From the NCBI GenBank assembly GCA_964573295.1, contig CAZNJE010000021.1:3570-67569 (forward strand): a DNA stretch of 64,000 nucleotides, written 5' to 3'. This stretch comes from an uncultured bacterium. GTDB taxonomy: Bacteria > Eisenbacteria > RBG-16-71-46 > CAIMUX01 > WJJG01. Shown here one piece after another: positions 54,152-62,187 of the stretch. Under the pieces are notes generated by a model. That model was not told where the DNA came from, searched no databases, and saw nothing but the letters and a program-made list of their open reading frames with translations. The stretch's first letter is position 1. Each line of letters starts with the position of its first letter. The position numbers were made by a program, and so were the translations under genes.

Positions 54152-54838
54152 ATGGCGGCATTGCGCTTGGATCGGCTTGGCTTCATGAACCGCGGTCCGA
54201 TCGACCTCACGATCGAACCCGGTGAGTGCGTTGCCCTGGCCGGCCCCTCCGGTTCGGGCAAGACGCTCATGTTGCGGGCCATCGCGGATCTGGATCCCCA
54301 CGAAGGCCGGGTGTACCTGGGCGAGGACGAAGCCCAGCAGCTCCCGGCACCCCTCTGGCGCCACCGGGTCGGTCTGCTGCCGGCCGAAAGCCAGTGGTGG
54401 CATGATCGGGTCGGCGATCACTTCGCCCCGGTGCCCGGTGAGACCACGACGACCGGGCAGGCCGGACAGGCGGAGCGGGCCGGACAGCCCGGGCAGGCCG
54501 GACAGGCCCTTGGTGGCCGGAACTGGCTGGAGGAGCTGGGATTCACCGATGGGGTCATGGACTGGGACACGAGCCGGCTCTCGACGGGCGAGAAACAACG
54601 TCTCGCCCTGGTGCGGCTGCTGCGCAATCGCCCGCACGCGCTGCTGCTCGATGAGCCCACCGCCAGCCTGGACCCCGAGAACGTCGACCGCGTCGAGCGA
54701 CTGATCACCGAATTGCGTCACGCCACGCGAATGCCGGTCTTGTGGGTGACCCACGACGCCGCGCAGATCGCCCGAATCGCCGATCGCGGCTATCGGATCG
54801 ACGGCCAGGGACGCCTCGCCGAACAGGTCCACCCATGA
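54152..54838 (+). CDS. ABC transporter ATP-binding protein, FetA/YbbL-like, with a Gln/Ala/Gly repeat insertion
   Basis: Walker A (LAGPSGSGKTLMLRAI). Signature (LSTGEKQRLALVRLL). Walker B (LLLDEPTASLD). Insert GETTTTGQAGQAERAGQPGQAGQALGG. ATGA overlap with the next gene. Confidence 0.7.
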   Translation: MAALRLDRLGFMNRGPIDLTIEPGECVALAGPSGSGKTLMLRAIADLDPHEGRVYLGEDEAQQLPAPLWRHRVGLLPAESQWWHDRVGDHFAPVPGETTTTGQAGQAERAGQPGQAGQALGGRNWLEELGFTDGVMDWDTSRLSTGEKQRLALVRLLRNRPHALLLDEPTASLDPENVDRVERLITELRHATRMPVLWVTHDAAQIARIADRGYRIDGQGRLAEQVHP

Positions 54839-55641
54839 ACGTGATCGCTCTCAGCCCGTGGGATCTCCTCCTGGCCGCCGGGCTCGTGCTCCTGCTGGCC
54901 GTCCTTGCCACGCGGCTTCGGCTGGGCGTTAGCCGCCAACTCGTGGTCAACGGCATTCGCATGACGATCCAGCTCTTGCTGATCGGTCTCGTGCTCGACG
55001 TCATCTTCGGACACACGAAGCTGCACTGGATCGGCTTGATGGCCCTGATCATGCTCGCCGTCGCCGGCCGGGAGGTCATGGCCCGCCAGAGACGCCGATT
55101 CGCGGGCTGGTGGGGCTATGGCATGGGCGCGCTGTCGATGTTCGTCTCATCGTTCGCCGTTGCCATCCTGTCACTGACCGTCATCGTCGCGCCCGAGCCC
55201 TGGTATCAACCCCAATACGCGATCCCGCTGCTCGGCATGCTCTTGGGCAACACGATGAACGGCATCGCCCTTTCGCTCGATCGCTTGACCCAGTCCACCT
55301 GGCAGCAGCGGGCCGCCATCGAAAGCCGCCTCATGCTCGGCCAGACCCGCCAGGAGGCGATGGGCGGCATCATGCGCGACAGCATGCGCTCGGCGCTGAC
55401 GCCGACGATCAATGCCATGGCCGCCGCCGGGATCGTAAGCCTCCCGGGCATGATGACCGGACAGATCCTGGCGGGCGCCTCGCCCATCGAGGCGGTCAAG
55501 TATCAGATTCTGATCATGTTCTTGATCGCATGCGGGGCGGGCTTCGGATCGATGGCCGCGATCTGGATCGCCGGCAAGCGCCTGTTTGATTCACGCCATC
55601 GCCTGCGCCTCGATCACCTGCAGCCGCCGCGGGGCGGATGA
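54835..55641 (+). CDS. FetB/YbbM-like (UPF0014) ABC-type permease
   Basis: Polytopic membrane protein translationally coupled to the FetA-like ATPase. The family assignment rests on architecture and context. Confidence 0.6.
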   Translation: MNVIALSPWDLLLAAGLVLLLAVLATRLRLGVSRQLVVNGIRMTIQLLLIGLVLDVIFGHTKLHWIGLMALIMLAVAGREVMARQRRRFAGWWGYGMGALSMFVSSFAVAILSLTVIVAPEPWYQPQYAIPLLGMLLGNTMNGIALSLDRLTQSTWQQRAAIESRLMLGQTRQEAMGGIMRDSMRSALTPTINAMAAAGIVSLPGMMTGQILAGASPIEAVKYQILIMFLIACGAGFGSMAAIWIAGKRLFDSRHRLRLDHLQPPRGG

Positions 55642-55985
55642 CGCCGCCGGACGGATGACGCCGCCGGGCGGATGACGCCGCGGGATGGGACGTTTCGTAG
55701 CGGGTGACACTGTGCTTCACAGGCGGTCCTACGGGGCAACATCCGCATCAGGCTCGCCACAAACTCAAGTTTGCGGCATCGGGCAGCTCGAAAGGCTTCC
55801 AATATCCCTTTTCCAGCCACTTCCCCCTCCAGGGACGGATCGAGGTCAAAGCGGGGGTTTCGGGACGCAGGTTCGTATGACCGCGACCCAGGGGCCGTCT
55901 CAAGTACACCTCGATCCTCATCACGGTCGATGGAGGCGAGATCGCTTTCCCGTTCGAAGGCGATCTGGCCTACACGGGCAGCAAT

Positions 55986-56642
55986 GTGGTGACGGTCCTG
56001 CCTGGAGATGCGATCGAACTCGTCCCGGCACAGCCGAACACCTTCTCCGTGGCACTCGATCCCTACTCGACGAGCCTGGTCGCCGATGGCATGAGCAACA
56101 CAACCCTGGTAGCGACGGTCTGGAATGAAACCCTAGGTGCGGCCGTCCAAGCTCCAACCGTCACCTTCAACGTCGAGCCCGAAGACGCGCTCACCATCAG
56201 CCCCAATCCGTGCTCGGCGCCCGAGGGGTCCTTCGAGTGCCACGTCACGGTGACAGCGGAGTTCATCGCGGGGACGGCCACCGTCACGGCCACCTATCAG
56301 GACACCGACAGCGACCCGCTCGACTACACCTTGAGCGAGCAATTCCTGGTGACGTTCGGCGAGGGCGAGTATCCTCAGATCAGCTGGCCGTCGTCGTCCA
56401 CAGCTACCGGCATTGTTGTCTACTCGGTTGGGCAGGGAAGCGACATCGTGGCCTGGTCGATCGGCTCCTTGACCTCACCCGGCATCCAGTCGCCGATCAC
56501 CTATGGCACCAAGCCGGGCGGCACATCGCAGCTGTGGCCCCTCAGTGACGGCACACCCGCGCCCCTGGCGGAAGGGCAGACGTATCGGATCAACTTCACC
56601 CTCTATGGAGGCGGCACCGAGACCTTCACGTTCACCAGGTAG
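55986..56642 (+). CDS. Bacterial Ig-like (Big_1/invasin-type) domain protein; start uncertain, possibly a fragment
   Basis: Big_1-like beta-sandwich pattern (TLVATVWNETLGAAVQAPTVTFNVEPEDALTISPNP...ATVTATYQDTD). No signal peptide from the annotated start. The frame stays open upstream to about 55880 without an ATG. Confidence 0.4.
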   Translation: MVTVLPGDAIELVPAQPNTFSVALDPYSTSLVADGMSNTTLVATVWNETLGAAVQAPTVTFNVEPEDALTISPNPCSAPEGSFECHVTVTAEFIAGTATVTATYQDTDSDPLDYTLSEQFLVTFGEGEYPQISWPSSSTATGIVVYSVGQGSDIVAWSIGSLTSPGIQSPITYGTKPGGTSQLWPLSDGTPAPLAEGQTYRINFTLYGGGTETFTFTR

Positions 56643-56659
56643 GCTCCCCCAACCGAATC

Positions 56660-56742
56660 CAGTTGGGGGTCCAGTCGGGGGTCCAGTCGGAGATCCAGTC
56701 GGGGGTCCAGTCGGAGATCCAGTCGGGGGTCCAGTCGGGGAC
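56660..56742. repeat. 12-nt tandem repeat (tccagtcggggg / tccagtcggaga), about 7 copies, intergenic
   Basis: agttgggggtccagtcgggggtccagtcggagatccagtcgggggtccagtcggagatccagtcgggggtccagtcgggg. Confidence 0.9.
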
Positions 56743-56825
56743 ACTCGTCTCGAGGGGCGGTCATCCACGCGGTGGCCGTCCCTTTTCATTGTCGGCGCCC
56801 GCTGGGCGTAAGCCCACCTACGCCG

Positions 56826-58199
56826 CTATTCGGGTGGCTCGCCCGGCGGTGGCACGGGTGAGACGTCCTCGATCACCTTGCGCTTCCATGAGCCGGTGGA
56901 GAACCAGATGGCCGCGGCGATGGCCGTGACCGTGTTCGAGATGAACATCCCCCACCAGAGCCCCGATGGGCCCAACCCCAGCGTGATCGCCAGCAGATAG
57001 GCGGCCGGAATGCGCAGTCCCCACAGCCGAATGACATTCAGCACCATGGCCGGCACCGTGTGGCCCGATCCCTGGAATGAGGCCAGCAGCACCATCACGA
57101 AGCCGAAGGCGAATACGGAATACGACGTGATGCGGAACAGGTCCCGGCCATAGCGGATCACCTCGGGATCGTCGACGAAAATCTTCGAGATCGAATCGCC
57201 GAAAAAGAACATGAGCGTCGTCACCGGCAGCAGGATGGCGCCAACCATCAGGGCGGAGGTCATCACCGACCGTGAGGCGCGCTCGGTATCGTCGGCCCCC
57301 AGGCACTGTCCGACGGCAGTGGCGTTCGCCTGCGAGAACCCCATCATCGGCACCAGTGCCATGTGAATGATCCGGTGACCGATACCGAAGGCGGCCGTCA
57401 CGGCCGAGCCGAAGGTGTTGACGATCCCGATCAAGAGCGTGAACCCGAGCGAGGTCGTGGCCTGGCCGAGGGAGAGAGGCAGCCCGATCCGCAGGATCTT
57501 GAGCGCGATGCGATTGTCCCACACGATATCACTTCGGTATAGACGGAAGCCGCGATCCCCGCGGAAGAGCCGGATCAATCCCAGTGTCGACGCCAGGGCT
57601 CGCGCAATGACGGTCGCGATGGCCGCCCCGGCCACACCCAGCGCCGGGAAAGGCCCCCAGCCGAAAATGAGCAGTGGATCGAGGACCACGTTCAGCAACA
57701 TCGAGATGCCGTTGACCTGCATTGGGCCCACCGTGTCACCCATTCCGGTGTAGATTCCCTGATACACGAAGAAGGCGAACATGAAGGGCACGCCGATCAG
57801 GATCCAACGCATGTAGAGGAGGGTTTGCTCGAAGGCGTCGGGCGGGGTCTGAAGCAAGCGTACGATCGGGGCCGAGAAGAGCAGTCCCAGGATCGCAAGC
57901 CCTACGCCGACGAAGGAAAGCAGGAGAAGCGTCTGGCCCCCAGCGCGGCGCATGTCGGCAAACCGCTTGGCGCCCCGGTACTGCGAGACGAGCGTCGTTC
58001 CCCCCATGCCCAAGCCCATCGCGATCGAGAAGCCGATGAAGAGCACGTTGATCGTGACCGTCGGGGCGACGATGGCCGTCTTCCCCAGCTTGCCCAACCA
58101 GAAGGCATCGACGAGGTTGTACAGTGTTTGAAACAGGAAAGAAAGCATGACCGGCCAAGCCACGGCGAAGAGATTCCGGGCCAGGGGTCCGGTAGTCAT
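56826..58199 (-). CDS. MATE-family multidrug/oligosaccharidyl-lipid efflux transporter
   Basis: N-terminus MTTGPLARNLFAVAWPVMLSFLFQTLYNLVDAFWLGKLG is the canonical MATE opening. 12 TM helices. Start taken at internal ATG 58199. Confidence 0.8.
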   Translation of the reverse strand: MTTGPLARNLFAVAWPVMLSFLFQTLYNLVDAFWLGKLGKTAIVAPTVTINVLFIGFSIAMGLGMGGTTLVSQYRGAKRFADMRRAGGQTLLLLSFVGVGLAILGLLFSAPIVRLLQTPPDAFEQTLLYMRWILIGVPFMFAFFVYQGIYTGMGDTVGPMQVNGISMLLNVVLDPLLIFGWGPFPALGVAGAAIATVIARALASTLGLIRLFRGDRGFRLYRSDIVWDNRIALKILRIGLPLSLGQATTSLGFTLLIGIVNTFGSAVTAAFGIGHRIIHMALVPMMGFSQANATAVGQCLGADDTERASRSVMTSALMVGAILLPVTTLMFFFGDSISKIFVDDPEVIRYGRDLFRITSYSVFAFGFVMVLLASFQGSGHTVPAMVLNVIRLWGLRIPAAYLLAITLGLGPSGLWWGMFISNTVTAIAAAIWFSTGSWKRKVIEDVSPVPPPGEPPE

Positions 58200-58785
58200 G
58201 TCACGGCCGGCGGCCGCAGTCGGCCTCACGCGTTCCTCCTTCCTCTCGACGACAAGCGCGCGAAGAGCCGACTCTAGCACAGCCGCGGCGGATGCCGCCA
58301 CGGGGTGGCATCGAAGCGCATTGGACAAAAACAGCCGGTATATCGCAGCCGGCCTGGGCAACTGTGCCAACTACCCCAGCAAAGCCTGCGTTAGCGCGGT
58401 TGCGCGGTTGCGCGGTTGCGACTGCCGTTTCGCAGTCGCGAAGGCCCAATAGCTGTGAGCAAGTCGCCTGGGCATCGTTCGCCCCTGGGGGGGCGGCTCA
58501 TTTGACCTCGTAAAGGCCGATCTCCAGTCCACGCATCATGAACTCCATGAGCGCCTTCCAGGAAGGGGCATCGAGCACGATTACCGACTCGTCGCGTAAC
58601 CCCTCGTTGATGTGATGACGGACCGGGACACTGGTGTGCCTGCTAACCGGAAACCACTGTCTTCCTATCCCAGATCTGGCAACCTGCCGACTCTCGCCTC
58701 GTCCCTGACGTCCGCAGGATTGGCGAATGCGGTCTCAACTCACCACCGAAGCACTCGTCCCACCTCGAAATCGACTTTTTGCGGA

Positions 58786-59922
58786 CTACGGGGGAGTGTG
58801 CCCCCACCCATCAGCGAGCGCGGCGTCGCAAAGAACGTCCCGGATCTTCTCCAGCATGTCGCGGCTATGCGAGAAGGGGATCTCACCACGATGCTGCAAC
58901 TGACCCACGACGATGCCAGGATGAACATCAAGCGAGGCTGCAAACGCCCGGATCTTCTTCTTCGAATAGAGCGGTCGTACGCAGGCAATGAAGTTCTGCA
59001 GTTTTGCCTCTGGCACTAGAAAGTCAGCAGTCTCTCGATCTGCGCGCTGCTCGAATTCGGGTCGATGTTGCGTGCCTGCAGAGCCCTCGCCGATCAAATC
59101 AACATCGACGAGCGGCTGGTCACTCGATGTCACATCCTTGTGGACTATGTGCATCAGGTCGTGGAGCAGCGTATGCCAAAAACCATCTACTCGATCGTAG
59201 CGTAGGGACAGAGCAATCACTGGGGACTTCGCATCAAGCCAGAAGGCAGCCCCGTCGATCTTGCTTCCCGAAAGAGCCTCAACAAGAACCAGACGAATAC
59301 CTGCCTCTGCGAGCACCCTCGGGACATGGCGAGCCTCTTCTTTGTCCTTCAGAAGACCGCGGAGGTGAGCCAGACCGTCGCGCAGCCTACGGTCGGTGTA
59401 GGGCACAGCGTGTACCGCCTTCGCGAGAGCCCGCGCACGGATGAGCCAGGCGCACTGCGCGATAGTAGTCGCCTCGTAAGACGTGGACTTACGCGCAGCA
59501 TGGGGAAAGATAGATGGTGTGTCGTCCAGGCTCTCGATCTCAAAGAATCTCTTCACCCGGTCCTCGAGAACGTCGATGTTGGGCGAGTGCTCAATCCAAC
59601 GACGCTTGATCATCTCTTTGATAGGGGCCATGCCGTACAGCTTCGCGCGACGGGCAATCATGTCGTCTCGTGGCTTCACCTGCGAAAGGCGGTACGCGCT
59701 CTCAAGATTCATCCAGACGGTCGGGCCGGTGTCGAAGGCCTCCCCAAGTGCCCGCGCCGTTGCGGGCGTGATGGTCCGTCTCCCGGTGATGATCTCATTC
59801 ACAAGGCGGAGAGAGGTGCCGAGCACCTCCGCCAGGACTTCCTGAGTCCAGCCACGCTCCTCCAGCTCCTCGCGGATGAAGTCGCCGGGCGGGAAGACCT
59901 CGACAGGCTTTCTCTGGCTCAT
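58786..59922 (-). CDS. HigA-like antitoxin fused to an ImmA/IrrE-family (COG2856) metallopeptidase domain (XRE-HTH + peptidase, 378 aa)
   Basis: N-terminal HigA/XRE HTH (GWTQEVLAEVLGTSLRLVNEIITGRRTITPATARALGEAF). C-terminal region with HExxH-like LLHDLMHIVH and conserved downstream Glu, typical of ImmA/IrrE. Immediately downstream of the higB-like toxin gene. Confidence 0.7.
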   Translation of the reverse strand: MSQRKPVEVFPPGDFIREELEERGWTQEVLAEVLGTSLRLVNEIITGRRTITPATARALGEAFDTGPTVWMNLESAYRLSQVKPRDDMIARRAKLYGMAPIKEMIKRRWIEHSPNIDVLEDRVKRFFEIESLDDTPSIFPHAARKSTSYEATTIAQCAWLIRARALAKAVHAVPYTDRRLRDGLAHLRGLLKDKEEARHVPRVLAEAGIRLVLVEALSGSKIDGAAFWLDAKSPVIALSLRYDRVDGFWHTLLHDLMHIVHKDVTSSDQPLVDVDLIGEGSAGTQHRPEFEQRADRETADFLVPEAKLQNFIACVRPLYSKKKIRAFAASLDVHPGIVVGQLQHRGEIPFSHSRDMLEKIRDVLCDAALADGWGHTPP

Positions 59923-59934
59923 GGCATTCCCTCC

Positions 59935-59987
59935 TGGCTGGTGGTAGTCCTAGTGGTAGTCTTAGTGGTAGTCTTAGTGGTAGTCCT
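59935..59987. repeat. 12-nt tandem repeat (tagtggtagtcy), about 4 copies, between the higB and higA-like genes
   Basis: ggtggtagtcctagtggtagtcttagtggtagtcttagtggtagtcctcgatgg. Confidence 0.85.
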
Positions 59988-60267
59988 CGATGGCGACGAT
60001 CCAGACGAATTTGTCAGGTCCATCTCCCTCAAATTCCAAAACCAGCCTCCACTGATCGTTTAGCTTCATAGACCATTGGTGTTTGCGGTCCCCTTTCAAC
60101 TTCTCGTAATGCAGTGACTTGAGGCCGTAAAACACGCGTTCGTCGTCAGCCGCACGGATCATCGCGACCCGCTTGCGATACGCCTTCACCACCCCTGGGG
60201 GCCATCCGGCATCCCCGGGTTTGGTCTCCAGGCTATCCAGCGAGGCATCCCGAAAGCGGATTTCCAT
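59974..60267 (-). CDS. higB: HigB-like toxin (RelE/ParE superfamily mRNA interferase, 'killer protein')
   Basis: MEIRFRDASLDSL...YRKRVAMIRAADDERVFYGLKSLHYEKLKGDRKHQWSMKLNDQWRLVLEF...KFVWIVAIEDYH reproduces the HigB/'plasmid maintenance system killer' pattern (FRD..L..L...Y.KL.G.R.GQWS.R.NDQWR..F......V.I.DYH). Confidence 0.7.
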   Translation of the reverse strand: MEIRFRDASLDSLETKPGDAGWPPGVVKAYRKRVAMIRAADDERVFYGLKSLHYEKLKGDRKHQWSMKLNDQWRLVLEFEGDGPDKFVWIVAIEDYH

Positions 60268-60985
60268 GTAGGGAAGGTAGCCCCCGGATCTCAATCTGTC
60301 AATAACCTATTTTACACTTAGCGTAATATGGTGGTTTTCGCAAATCAGGATGTCCCCATCCGTGCCGCTCGCCCCCCCTTTTTTGCATATGGAGGGTGCC
60401 GGCCCCCGAGCGGCGGGAATGCCTTGATGCAGGTGGCGTCCAGAGGTAGGACTGGCTGCGCAGACACGCACGCAACCTGCATGCTGTCAGGAGGTTACGC
60501 TTGACGCGCATCTTGACGCGCACTTCACTCGGAGGAAACCGCAGGGGCCCTGGGCGCGGCGACGCGCGAGCGCCGGGCCGCCCCGAACCGGGTCTCCTTC
60601 TACACCCGAATCTCGGCCGACGAGGATCACCCCGCCCTACGACGCAAACTCCCTAACGCCACCACACTAACGTCCCCACACTAACGTCACCACACAAGGG
60701 TGAGGCCAGAAACATGGGACAACACTGAGCAAGATTGGTGATCTTTGACCGGTTTGCCTCGCCTGGATGCTCATTGACCCCGACCGTACTCTGCTCGCCC
60801 GGATGCCATACGAAGTCAACCTCACCGTTCCCGTCAAGATCTGCGTTCAGCACGTAGCATGTGAGTACGTAGCATGTGGTCGTGTCTGAAACATCCATGT
60901 ACGCCAGCTACCCCAGCTACATCAGCACCAACCACACCAGCTACCCCAGCTACATCAGCTACACCAACCACACCAGCTACGCCTG

Positions 60986-62068
60986 CTACCCCAGGAAGAG
61001 CAGCGCCACGCCGACGACGGCGATCACGGCCCCGAGGATCGCGCGCACGCTCACGCGCTCTTTGAAGATGAGGATCGTGGGAACGATGATGAGTACCGGC
61101 ACGAGGGAGAAGATCGTCGCCGCTACTCCTGTTGGGGTGTGACGCACGGCGATGAGGGAGAGGGAGACGCCCAAGACGGGACCGAAGAAGGCGCCCACAC
61201 CGGTGCGGGCCATGGCGGTTCCGTGTCGCAGGGCGGTGAAGAACTTGGGCCACCAACCGATGACCGTGAAGATCAGGGCGAACCCCACCACGCCGGCAAT
61301 CACACGAATCTGGTTGGCGGCAAATGCGTCATAGGAACCCATGCCGTGCTTGCTCATGACGAGCCCCACACCTTGGCCGAAGCATCCTCCCAAGCCCAGG
61401 AGTATGCCCTTCACGATCGTGAGACCATCTAGCTGCGCGGGTGTCTGGCGGGACGAGCCGGGGTGATCGCCTGGGGGCGCTGGTGCGCCGGCTCGTGGTG
61501 CCGGTCGGCCGGCTGGGGTCGCCAGCGCGCCGGCCGGTGGCGGCGATCCGCCGGCTGGTGGCACCGGCGCGCTCTCCTGCAGTCCCGATCTACCGGCTTG
61601 CGCCGACAGCCCATCGACCACCGGTCGGCGGCGGGACGACCGTTCGGTGACGACCCAGGCGACGCCGGAGATCGTCATTGCCATGCCGAGCCAGTCGGTG
61701 CCCGAGAGCCTCTCCCCCAAGAACGCCCACCCGGTGAGGGCGGTGATGAGCGGGGTCAGCGAGAACACCAGCATCGCCAGGCGGGACCCGAGCACGACAA
61801 ACGCCCGGAACAGGCACAGGTCTCCAATACAGAACCCCACGAGCCCCGAAAGCGCCAGCCACAGCCACTGGTGACCATTGGCATCCGTGGGAAGGACGAA
61901 CCCCCGGGCAATCCAGCCGAAAAGGGACAGAACCACCGCGGCCATGACCAGGCGGATCAGGTTCACCGGCAGCGATCCCACCCGTCGGCCCGCCGACTCG
62001 AACGACATCGACGTGACTGTCCAGCAGCAGGCCGTGCCCAGCGCGGCCAGCTCACCCCAATAGGTCAT
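60986..62068 (-). CDS. EamA-family (DMT superfamily) transporter, two EamA domains separated by a Pro/Ala-rich linker
   Basis: 10-TM architecture. Duplicated EamA halves. Linker (GLQESAPVPPAGGSPPPAGALATPAGRPAPRAGAPAPPGDHPGSS) encoded by GC-rich repeats. Confidence 0.7.
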   Translation of the reverse strand: MTYWGELAALGTACCWTVTSMSFESAGRRVGSLPVNLIRLVMAAVVLSLFGWIARGFVLPTDANGHQWLWLALSGLVGFCIGDLCLFRAFVVLGSRLAMLVFSLTPLITALTGWAFLGERLSGTDWLGMAMTISGVAWVVTERSSRRRPVVDGLSAQAGRSGLQESAPVPPAGGSPPPAGALATPAGRPAPRAGAPAPPGDHPGSSRQTPAQLDGLTIVKGILLGLGGCFGQGVGLVMSKHGMGSYDAFAANQIRVIAGVVGFALIFTVIGWWPKFFTALRHGTAMARTGVGAFFGPVLGVSLSLIAVRHTPTGVAATIFSLVPVLIIVPTILIFKERVSVRAILGAVIAVVGVALLFLG

Positions 62069-62187
62069 CCGCCGGTCCTCATCCTCCCGCCAGTCCCATC
62101 AGGTCCGCCCGCTGGGTCGAAGCAGCACTTGCGCTGTCAGCAACAACCGATGTCAGCAGCAGTGAGTATCACCTGCAGCAGCCAATG

